The notes under the pieces: generated by a model
Told to the model about the DNA's origin: nothing
Seen by the model: only the letters and a program-made list of their open reading frames with translations
Databases searched by the model: none
Source: an uncultured Acidobacteriota bacterium
Lineage (GTDB): Bacteria > Acidobacteriota > Vicinamibacteria > Fen-336
Length of the DNA stretch: 64,000 nt
Assembly: GCA_963720545.1 (NCBI GenBank)
Contig: OY970399.1
Location: 864,001 to 928,000, forward strand
Direction of reading: 5' to 3'
Program-made: the position numbers and the translations under genes
Shown: positions 31,807 through 41,554 of the stretch, piece after piece
Layout of the letters: each line of letters opens with the position of its first letter
Numbering within the stretch: the first letter of the stretch is position 1

Positions 31807-33099
31807 TCAAGCGTCTGGAACGGGCGGCGGAGGCTTCTCGAGCGTCAGGACGACGACCATGGCAGCGATGCCGGTGGCGGCGAGCGACAGCAGGCCGCTC
31901 GTGTAGCTGCCGGTCGCGTCTTTGAGATAGCCCATCGCATACGGGGCGGCGAAGCCGGCCAGGTTGCCGATGGAGTTGATCATCGCGATGCCACCCGCGG
32001 CCGCGGTGCCCGAGAGAAACGCCGTCGGCAGCGTCCAGAAGACCGGCATGGCGCCGAAGACGCCGAAGCCGGCGACGCAAAACGCAAGCATCTTGAGCGC
32101 CGGCTCCTGGAAGATGGCGGCCGCCGCAGTTCCGAACGCGGCAACCGCCAGCGGAAAGGCGACATGAAACCGTCGCTCCCGCCTGCGGTCGGAGCGGCGC
32201 GACCACAGCACGATGCTGAGCGTGCCGACGAGATAAGGCAGCGCCGACACCAGGCCGATCTTCAGGTTCGACATACCAAACCCGAACCCCTGCACGATCT
32301 GCGGCAGGAAGAACGCGAGCCCGTACAAGGTCGCGACCACGCCGAAATAGATCGCACTGAGCGCCAGCACCTTCGGGCTGCCCAGCGCGCGCAGCAGGCT
32401 GAGGCCGTGCTGCTCCGAGTGCGCGTGCTCAACGGCGAGGCGGCGCACCAGCCAATCGCGCTCTTCGGTATCGAGCCACGTGGCCTCCTCGGGCCGGTCG
32501 GTCAGGTGCCTGAACACCACGACGGCAAGCAACAGCGCCGGCAGCGCCTCGACGATGAACAGCCACTGCCATCCCTTCATCCCGAGCAAGCCGTCGAGCC
32601 CCAGCACCAGCCCGGAAAGAGGCGCGCCGATCACCGACGACAGCGGAATGGCGGCCATGAAATACCCCATGATCCGCGCCCGGTGCGCCGCCGGAAACCA
32701 GAGCGTCAGGAAGAAGATGATTCCCGGAAAGAACCCCGCCTCCGCGAGCCCGAGCAGGAAGCGCAGGACGTAGAAGCTCGCGGTGCCGGTGACAAACGCC
32801 ATCCCCGCCGACAGCACGCCCCAGGTGAACATGATGCGCGCGATCCAGCGCCGCGCCCCGAAACGCACCAGCAGCAGGTTCGACGGCACCTCGAACAAGA
32901 AGTACGCAAGAAAGAAGATGCCGGCGCCAAAGCCGTAAGCCGCCGCCGAAAGCCCAAGGTCCGGCTTCATCGTGAGCGCCGCAAAGCTCACGTTCACGCG
33001 GTCGAGATAAGCAGTGAAGTAACAGACGATCAGTAGCGGCAGGAACCGCCGCGAAACCTTCGCGACCGTCCGCGTTTCGACGGCATCCGCGCTGTTCAT
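31807..33099 (-). CDS. MFS transporter (ACS/tartrate-like)
   Basis: Motifs YLDRVNVSFA, FEVPSN, GARRWIARIM and AEAGFFPG. Confidence 0.93.
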   Translation of the reverse strand: MNSADAVETRTVAKVSRRFLPLLIVCYFTAYLDRVNVSFAALTMKPDLGLSAAAYGFGAGIFFLAYFLFEVPSNLLLVRFGARRWIARIMFTWGVLSAGMAFVTGTASFYVLRFLLGLAEAGFFPGIIFFLTLWFPAAHRARIMGYFMAAIPLSSVIGAPLSGLVLGLDGLLGMKGWQWLFIVEALPALLLAVVVFRHLTDRPEEATWLDTEERDWLVRRLAVEHAHSEQHGLSLLRALGSPKVLALSAIYFGVVATLYGLAFFLPQIVQGFGFGMSNLKIGLVSALPYLVGTLSIVLWSRRSDRRRERRFHVAFPLAVAAFGTAAAAIFQEPALKMLAFCVAGFGVFGAMPVFWTLPTAFLSGTAAAGGIAMINSIGNLAGFAAPYAMGYLKDATGSYTSGLLSLAATGIAAMVVVLTLEKPPPPVPDA

Positions 33100-33112
33100 G
33101 ACGCCGGGAAAA

Positions 33113-33661
<549 letters not shown>

Positions 33662-33700
33662 CGCCCAAGACTACGCTCTCCCGCCTGCCTCCTCGTCCAG

Positions 33701-33722
33701 CCACTGTGTCCGGACACAGTGG
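33701..33722. promoter_or_regulatory. Perfect 22-bp palindrome CCACTGTGTCCGGACACAGTGG
   Basis: Exact self-reverse-complement, about 40 bp upstream of the DHFR-like start; its function is unknown. Confidence 0.5.
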
Positions 33723-33919
33723 AGGAACAACGTTAGGGAGCCATCTATAGCGACCGCGGTGATATCGCCCGCGCGCTCCACTGGTTCCGGCGCGCGGTTA
33801 AGCACTGAGCGTGATTCTCTTTGGTGCCTGCCGGACAGTTCAAGGAATCACGTTCGACCGCCCGAGCCCTGAGCGCTCCTGACAGCGCAGCCCACTCCGG
33901 AACGGCCCGGGAATACTAC

Positions 33920-34525
33920 CTACGGGCCGCCGAAACTTTCGAGCTCCTTGACCCGATTTCCGCGGATGTTCATGAACCGTACGGTAGTCCCATCTGGCTG
34001 GGTGACGTCGCCGGACTGAACGAATGAAGTTGGCGTGATGTCGGTCCAGTACTCGTGCCAGACGGTGCGCTTGCCGTCGTGGGTTTCGATTTCGTCAATT
34101 TCGAACCGCTTGCCATCCCACGTCATGGTGATGTCGTTGAGTGCGCCCTTGAGATCGCAGGTAAACGACAGATGGCTATTGCACTCCATGCCGGCGAGTT
34201 GCTTCTTCGTACTGTCCCACCAAATGATGCCCATCAGGAACGTCTCGCCGTACGGCGAGGGAATGTGTTCCTGCTCAATGATATCGATGCCGCCGGGGCC
34301 CAAGCTCCACGACTCCTCGCCAGAGCCCTCGATCGCTTTGTTTCCAGTGGCGCTCCCAGGCTCGAAACGTACCTGAAGCTGCCACTTTCCGGAGAGCGCT
34401 TTGGCGAGTGTTGCGAGCGGCGTAGGAGCAGAGGATGCTGGCCGTGTCACGGACTGAGCGCGTCCAGTTGCGGTCACGGTTGCCAAAAGAGACAGGATGA
34501 TTGCAACAGCAGGCTGTGTGCTCAT
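33920..34525 (-). CDS. Hypothetical secreted beta-barrel-like protein
   Basis: Signal peptide from ATG 34525 (GAGG RBS); LSGKW..G.GEESW resembles lipocalin/DUF1579-like proteins. Confidence 0.65.
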   Translation of the reverse strand: MSTQPAVAIILSLLATVTATGRAQSVTRPASSAPTPLATLAKALSGKWQLQVRFEPGSATGNKAIEGSGEESWSLGPGGIDIIEQEHIPSPYGETFLMGIIWWDSTKKQLAGMECNSHLSFTCDLKGALNDITMTWDGKRFEIDEIETHDGKRTVWHEYWTDITPTSFVQSGDVTQPDGTTVRFMNIRGNRVKELESFGGP

Positions 34526-34801
34526 GTGTTCCCTCAGCAGGTGTATGGAGGCACGGCGGTCCTGATGCCTCGGATCATTGCGTGAGCCGGCGTACGTGTC
34601 AAACGCGGCCACGGAATGCCGTCGGCTGCCCGACCAGCGGATGGGAAGAAGCCCACAGAACTGCATAGCTTGATTTACCAGCCCAAGCGTTAGCCGAAGC
34701 ACGAGAACAGTGCACGATAGCGTCCTAGTCGCTAACTGCTGACGCGCCGCAAGGGTAGCCGCGTCTGGCGGCGATGCTGGATGCTGGGGACGGCCCACAA
34801 T

Positions 34802-34835
34802 GCGAAGAGGTCGCCAGAAACGGGCGACCTCTCGC
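34802..34835 (-). terminator. Hairpin downstream of tRNA-Met
   Basis: Stem AGAGGTCGCC / GGCGACCTCT (34806-34815 / 34823-34832) with a 7-nt loop; weak U-tract. Confidence 0.55.
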
Positions 34836-34847
34836 TGCAAGTTGTGA

Positions 34848-34924
<77 letters not shown>

Positions 34925-35011
34925 CCAGATATGAAACAGTATAACCCAAGCCTTGACCGCTCCGAGGTCCTAAGGGACACTGCGCCTCTGGATTTCCTGG
35001 AGGAAAGAGCG

Positions 35012-35470
35012 ATGGTAGACCCTGACGGCGCGCCCGACGACGTCCTCGACAACGAGGGCCGCGCGGTAGTCGACCTGGATGCCGTGACCGAGTTCGTGAC
35101 GCCGGCCGACTTGACGGAAGAACCGATGGCCGACGAGCCTGAGGCTTTCGCAGCGCGCCCCGCACCGAGGAAAAAGGCGGCACGCAAGCCGAAGGCGAAA
35201 GCAGCGGCGCCACGCAAGGCCGCCGCGAAGAAGAAGCCGCGCAAGGCGGCCCGGAAAAAGGCCGCGAAGAAGGCAGCTGCCAAGCCGGCTCGGCGCAAGA
35301 CAGCGAAGAAAAAGGCTGCGAAGACGCGCAAGCCGAGCAAGGCTGAACGCAAGGCGCTGAAGGCGGCTGCGAAGGCCGCTCGCAAGGCGGCCAAGAAGGC
35401 AAAGAAGGCGAAGAAAGCCAAGAAGGGCAAGAAAGCCAAGAAGAAGGGCGGCAAGCGCAAGAAGCGTTAG
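35012..35470 (+). CDS. Histone H1-like Lys/Ala-rich protein with acidic N-terminus
   Basis: GGAGG RBS before ATG 35012; KKAA repeats. Confidence 0.7.
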   Translation: MVDPDGAPDDVLDNEGRAVVDLDAVTEFVTPADLTEEPMADEPEAFAARPAPRKKAARKPKAKAAAPRKAAAKKKPRKAARKKAAKKAAAKPARRKTAKKKAAKTRKPSKAERKALKAAAKAARKAAKKAKKAKKAKKGKKAKKKGGKRKKR

Positions 35471-36489
35471 GGCCGGATCACCACCTTCAGGTCGCCCTCG
35501 CCGCGCGCCATCGCGGCGAGAAGCCGCGGCACGTCCGCCAGGGGCGCCTCGCCGCGAAGCAGTTCGTCGAATGGCAGGGCCTGCGCCTGCACTACCCCCA
35601 GCGCCTCGCGAATTGCGGCCGGGGTGTGGTGGAAGGTGCCGACCACCCGGATCTCCTCGTAGTGGACGCGCGCCGCGTCGAGCGCGAGGCGCGTGCCCTC
35701 GGCGCAGCCGCCGAACAGGTTGACGAGGCCGCCTTTCGCGACGCTGTCGAGGGCCAGCTGCGCAGTCTCCGCTAACCCGACAGCTTCGATGACGATGTCG
35801 GGCCTGGCACTGCGCAGTTGCTGCGCCGCGTCTGCGTCGAGGGTCGAAACGGTCGCTTGCGCGCCGAAGGCTTCGGCGCGCTGCAGCGGCTCGCGCCGCC
35901 TCCCCACCGCGATCACCCTGGCGCCGCGCCGTGCCGCAAGGCCAACGAGCATCAGGCCCAGGGGGCCGACGCCCATGACCGCGACCGTGCTGCCGGGAGC
36001 GACCCGCCCGTCCTCGATGCCGCGCAGCGCGCAGGCCAGCGGCTCGACGAGGGCCGCGTGTTCGAGGCGGACTCCCTGAGGGATCTTCAGGAGGTTGCGC
36101 GAGACGATGCGCGCCGGGATGATGCTGCGCTCGGCGTAGGCGCCGTTCCAGAAGAGCAGGTCGTCGCACAGGCTCTCGCGGCCGGCCCTGCAAAAGGCGC
36201 AGGCGCCGCACGGTGCGGAGTTCGCCGCCACCACCGCTTCGCCGGCGATGAAGCCGGTGACGCCGCCGCCGACCGCTGCGACGACGCCCGCCATCTCGTG
36301 GCCGAAGACGGACGGCGGCGTGATCATGCGCGCGTGGTAGCCGCGGCGGAACACCTTCACGTCGGTGCCGCAGGTGAGGGCGACGCTGTTGCGCACCAGC
36401 ACCTCGCCTTCGCCCGGCGCGCCGATGGCAACACTCTCGAGGCGCGCGTCTTCCCTGCCGTGGAGGACGACCGCCCGCGTCGGCGTCAT
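35467..36489 (-). CDS. Zinc-binding alcohol dehydrogenase
   Basis: Motifs CGTD, GHE, CGACAFC..C and GVGPLG. Confidence 0.92.
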   Translation of the reverse strand: MTPTRAVVLHGREDARLESVAIGAPGEGEVLVRNSVALTCGTDVKVFRRGYHARMITPPSVFGHEMAGVVAAVGGGVTGFIAGEAVVAANSAPCGACAFCRAGRESLCDDLLFWNGAYAERSIIPARIVSRNLLKIPQGVRLEHAALVEPLACALRGIEDGRVAPGSTVAVMGVGPLGLMLVGLAARRGARVIAVGRRREPLQRAEAFGAQATVSTLDADAAQQLRSARPDIVIEAVGLAETAQLALDSVAKGGLVNLFGGCAEGTRLALDAARVHYEEIRVVGTFHHTPAAIREALGVVQAQALPFDELLRGEAPLADVPRLLAAMARGEGDLKVVIRP

Positions 36490-37538
36490 GCGCCGGCCCG
36501 GGTGTCGATCACCACTTTGAGGACCCCGGACGCCGGCTGCGAGGCGACGCGCACAGCCTCGACCGCTTGTGCGAGCGGGAAACGGTGGGTCACGAGGTCG
36601 CGGACGTTGATCTCGCGCTCGAACACGAGGCGCGCGGCCAGCTCCTGCACGTCCACCGACGCGCTGTACGACGTGAGGATCTGCTTCTCCGCGAGCGCCA
36701 GCTGGCCGAGGTCCACTTGCGCCGTTTCGCCCGGTGACGTCGCTGAGAACACCAGCACGCGGCCGCCCGGCCGCACGGCCTCGAGAGCCTGGCTGAAGGC
36801 CGCCGGACCCACGGCCGCGAGCAGCACGCAGTCAACGCCACGATCAGCGGTGAGGCCGCGCAGCTCGGCGAGCACGTCGCCGCGAGCATCGAGGGCCGCC
36901 ACAGCACCGAGCCTGCGGCTGATGGCGAGGCGGTCGTCGATCGCGTCGGAAGTGAAGACGCTGGCGCCCGCCCAGCGCGCGAGCTGCATGAGCAGCAGGC
37001 CGATCGGCCCCTGGCCCACCACCAGCACGGTCTCGTTGGGCTTGATGCGCGCGTGCAGCACCGCCTTGAGGCAGGTGTTCACCGGCTCGACGAACGCCGC
37101 TTCCTCGGCGAGGACGCCGTCGGGAATGCGGATGGTGCCGTCGCGCACGATCCAGTCCATCGCGCGCACATATTCGGCCATGCCGCCGCCCGACGGCTCG
37201 AAGCCGGCGGTCGTGCCGTTGCGCTTGTAGATCGCGCACTGTGCGTAGGCGCCGCGGCGGCAGAAGAAGCACGTGCGGCACGGAATGTGGTGGTGCACCA
37301 CAACGCGGTCGCCTTCCTTGAGGTTCGCGACGCCCTTGCCGGTGCGCGCCACGAAGCCCGCGATCTCGTGGCCGAACACGCGCGGCGGCTCGAGCAGTCC
37401 CTTCTCGATTTTCTTGATGTCGGTGCCGCAGACGCCGCAGACCTCGACGTGCACCAGGATCTCGCCCGCGCCGATCTCGGGGACGTCGATCTCCTCGACG
37501 CGCAGGTCGGAAGCGCCGCGATACACGGCTGCGAGCAA
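36486..37538 (-). CDS. Zinc-binding alcohol dehydrogenase
   Basis: Motifs CGTD, GHE, CRTCFFC..C and GQGPIG. Confidence 0.92.
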   Translation of the reverse strand: MLAAVYRGASDLRVEEIDVPEIGAGEILVHVEVCGVCGTDIKKIEKGLLEPPRVFGHEIAGFVARTGKGVANLKEGDRVVVHHHIPCRTCFFCRRGAYAQCAIYKRNGTTAGFEPSGGGMAEYVRAMDWIVRDGTIRIPDGVLAEEAAFVEPVNTCLKAVLHARIKPNETVLVVGQGPIGLLLMQLARWAGASVFTSDAIDDRLAISRRLGAVAALDARGDVLAELRGLTADRGVDCVLLAAVGPAAFSQALEAVRPGGRVLVFSATSPGETAQVDLGQLALAEKQILTSYSASVDVQELAARLVFEREINVRDLVTHRFPLAQAVEAVRVASQPASGVLKVVIDTRAGA

Positions 37539-37545
37539 ATTGAAC

Positions 37546-38391
37546 CTAGCCCGTGACCAGGCTCTTCAGGACGAACATCACGTTCTCGGGCCGCTCGCGC
37601 AGGCGCCGGGTGAAGTACGGGAACCAGTGCGTGCCGAAGGGCACGTAGATACGCACGTTGTGGCCGGCGCGGACCAGTTCGTCCCAGCGCTTCGGCCGCA
37701 GGCCGTAGAGCATCTGGAACTCGAAGCGCTTGCTCGGGATCTTTTCCGCGGCGACGTGCGCCAGCACGTGCTTCACCAGCGACTCGTCGTGCGTGGCGAT
37801 CGCCGGGTAGTTGGCCTTGCCAAGCAGGAGCTCCGCGCACGTGCGGTAGTTGGCGCGGATCTCGTCCATCCTCTGGAAAGCCACGGACTCCGGTTCCTTG
37901 TAGGCGCCCTTGCACAGGCGCACCCGATCGCCGCGCTCGATCGCCACCGCGACGTCCTCGCGGGTGCGCCGCAGGTAGGCCTGCAGCACGATGCCGACGT
38001 TGGCGTGCGTCTTGCGCAGCTTCTGGAAGGCGTCGATGGTGCGCTGCGTGTGCTTCGAGCCCTCCATGTCGATGCGCACGAAGCCGCCTACTTCCTTTGC
38101 CACGTCGAGGATGCCGGCGGTCAGCTCCATGCAGAGCGCCTCGGAGATGTCGAGGCCCAGCACCGTGAGCTTCACCGAGACGTTGCGCTCGACGTGCTGC
38201 GGTATGGCGCGCAGCAGCGCGATGTTGGCGGCGGCGGCGCGGCGCGCGGCTTCCGCCTCGGTCACGTCCTCGCCGAGCAGGTCGAAGGTGCTGCGGATGC
38301 CGCGCTGCGCCAGCGCCACGCCGGCGGCGATCGCGGAATCGGCGGTCTCGCCCGCCACGAAACGGCGCGCGAACACGGCGGGCAGTTGCAT
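37546..38391 (-). CDS. Proline dehydrogenase (monofunctional)
   Basis: Motifs RFVAGET, RIDMEGS, LQAYL, RLCKGAYKE, EFQMLYG and YFTRRLRERP. Confidence 0.93.
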   Translation of the reverse strand: MQLPAVFARRFVAGETADSAIAAGVALAQRGIRSTFDLLGEDVTEAEAARRAAAANIALLRAIPQHVERNVSVKLTVLGLDISEALCMELTAGILDVAKEVGGFVRIDMEGSKHTQRTIDAFQKLRKTHANVGIVLQAYLRRTREDVAVAIERGDRVRLCKGAYKEPESVAFQRMDEIRANYRTCAELLLGKANYPAIATHDESLVKHVLAHVAAEKIPSKRFEFQMLYGLRPKRWDELVRAGHNVRIYVPFGTHWFPYFTRRLRERPENVMFVLKSLVTG

Positions 38392-38393
38392 CG

Positions 38394-38777
38394 CTACTTT
38401 CTCCGCGGCTTGCGCCAGCTCGCCTCGACCACGGAGCTGATGCCGCCGCGCACGGCGAAGTCGCCGGTGACGGTGATTTCCCGCGGCGCGATCGCCGCGA
38501 CCAGGTCGTCGAGGATCTGGTTGGTGGCGGCCTCGTAGAAGATGCCGCGTTCGCGGTAGGCGAACAGGTAGAACTTGAGGCTCTTGAGCTCCACGCACAG
38601 CTTGTCCGGCACGTACGCGACGCGGATGGTGCCGAAGTCGGGATTGCCGGTGATCGGGCACATCGCCGTGAACTCCGGGCAGGTGTGGGTGATGGTGTAG
38701 TCGCGCCCGGGACGCGGGTTCGCGAAGGCCGCCAGCAGCGCGGCTGGCGCGGGCTTTCCCCGCTTCTTGCTGGGCAT
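38394..38777 (-). CDS. queF: NADPH-dependent preQ0 reductase (type I)
   Basis: Motifs PEFTAMCPITGNPDFG, ELKSLKFYL and VRGGI. Confidence 0.92.
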   Translation of the reverse strand: MPSKKRGKPAPAALLAAFANPRPGRDYTITHTCPEFTAMCPITGNPDFGTIRVAYVPDKLCVELKSLKFYLFAYRERGIFYEAATNQILDDLVAAIAPREITVTGDFAVRGGISSVVEASWRKPRRK

Positions 38778-38817
38778 GGGCAGAAAAAAGATTGTAGCCA
38801 CTTATGATTGGCACCGC

Positions 38818-40713
38818 TTGCGCTCTGCGTCACTGCCGAACACCTTGTGCCTCGCGGGCGCCGCCCTCCTCGGCGCGCTCGCGCCGGTCGCGGCGTGCCG
38901 GCTCAACCCGCACGTCCTCTTCAACTTCGGGCCATCCGACCACACGTACCTGCGCGGCTTCGAGCCGGAGTGGGAGATCGATCCCGACGGCCTCGCCACG
39001 CACTGGTCGTCGCACTCGGCACGGGTGCTGCTGCCGGCGGCGGTCGCCGGCGGACCCGCGACCCTCCAGGTGCGCGCGGCGCGCGTCTACAGCAACACGG
39101 CAACCACCACCGTCACGGTGAACGGTGCGCCGGTGGACAGCTTCGCGGCGCGCGGCGGACGCTTCGTCGAGCGCAGTATCGCGCTGCCGGACGCGGTATC
39201 GGGAAGCGGGCCGCTCGTCATCGGCTTCGACACCGCCGGCGACGAGGGACGCAACCGCGGCCTGCACCTCGACTGGCTGCGGCTCGATGCGCAACGCCTC
39301 GCGCCGACGGCGCGCGTGGTGGCGCTTGCCGCCGTGGTGAGCCTGGTGTTCGCCGCACTCGCGCTCACGTTCGTCGCGGGTCGTGGGTGGCAGGTGTGCG
39401 CCGCGCTGGCGGTGCCGGCAGCGCTCGCCATCTACGGAGTGGTGATCGGACCGTTCCCGCTTTCCCACCTGCTGCTGCGCACCGGCTGGCTGCTGATCGC
39501 GGCACCGCTCATCCTTTTGTGGCTGGGCCAGCGGGCGGCGACGGTCGAAGCGCGCCTGGCCGTTTGGCTGGCGCCGGTCGCCCTGCTGCTGCGCCTCGGA
39601 GGCCTGTTCCATCCGCTCTATTACTACCCCGACCTGCGCGCGCACGCCGGACTCGCCCGCATCATCGGCGAGGTCGGCCTCGACTTCTGGCGTCATCCCG
39701 CCCACTACATCGAGCAGCAGGGCGTGTGGGCGGAAGCGGCACTCGGCAAGACCTACGCCTTCCCGTTCTCGCCGGTGTTCCACGCGTTCTTCGCGCCGTG
39801 GGCAAGCGACCTGCTGCGTACCATGGACGCGATGAAGCTGGCGGCATGCGTCATCTCGAGCGCCGAGGTGCTGATCGTGTTCGCCATCGGCCGGCGTCTC
39901 GGCTCGCAGCGGCTCGCCATCTGGGCGGCAGCGCTCGCCGTGTTCTCGCCACCGTCCTTCTCACGCCTCGGCTGGGCGTTCCTCGCCGCGATCTTCGCGC
40001 ATTTCTTTGAGAGCCTCGCGCTCAAGACGCTGTTCGACGGCCCGCTTTTGGGACGCCGCGTTGCGGTGTTCGCCGCTTTCCTGCTCGCCGGGCTCGCGTC
40101 ATACCCGGGCAGCCTCATCAATTTCGGCATCTTCGTGCCGCTCGCCGGCGCGGCGTACCTCTTGGGCCGCGAACCGGGCATCCGCAGGGAGGGCCTCACG
40201 CTGCTGGCGACGAGCCTCGCCGTTGCGCTCGCGACGATCGGCATCGTTTACAACGAGTTCCTGCGGACGTTCCTCAGCGACATGTTGCCGCGCTTCGCCG
40301 CCGGCGAGTCGCGCACAGGCACGCTCGGTGCGGTTGCAACGCTCGCGATGATCTGGCGGCGGCTCTACGCTTTCTTCGGCTGGTGGTACGTGCCGGTGTT
40401 CGTGGCCGCCCCGCTCCTGTGGTGGCGCACGCCGCCGGCGCCGCGTCTCTGGCGCCTGTTGGCCGCGTGGGCGCTCACCTTCCTGGCGCTCGTGTTCCTC
40501 CGGACCGCCGCGCCCGACCTCTTCAGCCGCGTGAAGGAAATGCTCTGGGTGTCGCCGCTCGTGGCGCTCGCCGGCGGCCTGTGCCTCGCCCGCCTCGAGG
40601 CGTTGCGGGCACCTGGCCGCGCGGCCGCGTGGCTCGGCTTCGCGCTGCTCGCCGCCTACGGGCTCGCGTTCTACGGCTGGAACATCGCGGAAAAGTTCGT
40701 ACTCGCGAGATAA
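38818..40713 (+). CDS. Multi-TM membrane protein, possible GT-C glycosyltransferase
   Basis: Many TM helices, an extracytoplasmic beta domain, and a PDLRAH loop; sits next to a GT2 gene. Start is uncertain. Confidence 0.6.
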   Translation: MRSASLPNTLCLAGAALLGALAPVAACRLNPHVLFNFGPSDHTYLRGFEPEWEIDPDGLATHWSSHSARVLLPAAVAGGPATLQVRAARVYSNTATTTVTVNGAPVDSFAARGGRFVERSIALPDAVSGSGPLVIGFDTAGDEGRNRGLHLDWLRLDAQRLAPTARVVALAAVVSLVFAALALTFVAGRGWQVCAALAVPAALAIYGVVIGPFPLSHLLLRTGWLLIAAPLILLWLGQRAATVEARLAVWLAPVALLLRLGGLFHPLYYYPDLRAHAGLARIIGEVGLDFWRHPAHYIEQQGVWAEAALGKTYAFPFSPVFHAFFAPWASDLLRTMDAMKLAACVISSAEVLIVFAIGRRLGSQRLAIWAAALAVFSPPSFSRLGWAFLAAIFAHFFESLALKTLFDGPLLGRRVAVFAAFLLAGLASYPGSLINFGIFVPLAGAAYLLGREPGIRREGLTLLATSLAVALATIGIVYNEFLRTFLSDMLPRFAAGESRTGTLGAVATLAMIWRRLYAFFGWWYVPVFVAAPLLWWRTPPAPRLWRLLAAWALTFLALVFLRTAAPDLFSRVKEMLWVSPLVALAGGLCLARLEALRAPGRAAAWLGFALLAAYGLAFYGWNIAEKFVLAR

Positions 40714-40727
40714 TCCCCCGGCCACCC

Positions 40728-41495
40728 ATGCTGCACGGACAAAAAGTGATCGTCGTGCTGCCGGCCTACCGTGCCGAGCGCACCCTCGAGCAGACCTATC
40801 GCGACATCCCCCACGATGTCGTGGACGAAGTGCTGCTGGTGGACGACGCGAGCCCCGACGGCACGGCGCGGCTATCGCGCGAACTCGGCATCCCGACCTT
40901 CGTGCACGAGAAGAACCTCGGCTATGGCGGCAACCAGAAGACCTGCTACCGCGAAGCCCTGGGCCGCGGCGCCGACATCGTGGTGATGCTGCACCCCGAC
41001 TACCAGTACGACCCGCGGCTCGTCACGGCGATGGCGGCGATGATCGCCTCGGGCATCTACGACGTGGTGCTCGGCTCGCGCATCCTCGGCAACACAGCGC
41101 GCGGCGGCGGCATGCCGCTCTACAAGTACGTCGCGAACCGCGCGCTCACCGCCACCCAGAACCTGCTGATGGGCACCAAGCTGTCCGAATTCCACACCGG
41201 CTACCGCGCCTATCGCAGCGGGGTGCTGCGCGACCTGGCGCTGCGCGCCAACTCCGACGACTTCGTGTTCGACAACGAGATCCTGGCGCAGATCGCGGCG
41301 CAGGGCTTCAAGATCGGCGAGATCTCCTGCCCCACCAAGTACTTCCCCGAGGCCAGCTCGATCAACTTCGCGCGGTCGGTCGTCTACGGGCTGGGTGTCC
41401 TCGGGACGAGCATCCGCTACCGGTTGTGGAAGTGGGGACTTGCCAGGCCGCGGATCTTCTCGCGGGATGTGTCGCTGCGATTCAACGCTTCCTGA
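40728..41495 (+). CDS. Glycosyltransferase family 2 (polyprenol-phosphate sugar synthase-like)
   Basis: Motifs [28 protein letters not shown] and VLGSR. Confidence 0.93.
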   Translation: MLHGQKVIVVLPAYRAERTLEQTYRDIPHDVVDEVLLVDDASPDGTARLSRELGIPTFVHEKNLGYGGNQKTCYREALGRGADIVVMLHPDYQYDPRLVTAMAAMIASGIYDVVLGSRILGNTARGGGMPLYKYVANRALTATQNLLMGTKLSEFHTGYRAYRSGVLRDLALRANSDDFVFDNEILAQIAAQGFKIGEISCPTKYFPEASSINFARSVVYGLGVLGTSIRYRLWKWGLARPRIFSRDVSLRFNAS

Positions 41496-41554
41496 GGCTT
41501 TCCTGAGGACACGCCGCGATGCGTTTCCGTAGTATCCGCTGAGGAAACGAAATC

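Noticed and set aside
33720..34800. GTTAGGG/GTTAAGC/GCTAAC motifs as possible integron attC sites
   Set aside because: I could not build properly paired R''/R' and L boxes, and there is no integron integrase in the window.
35150..35470. Repetitive AAGAAGGC-rich DNA as a possible CRISPR or tandem repeat
   Set aside because: It is explained by Lys/Ala codons and has no constant repeat-spacer structure.
38394..38777. queF as part of a 7-deazaguanine DNA-modification cluster or with a preQ1 riboswitch
   Set aside because: No dpd, queC, queD, queE or tgt genes are nearby, and the 40-bp upstream gap has no recognisable riboswitch.
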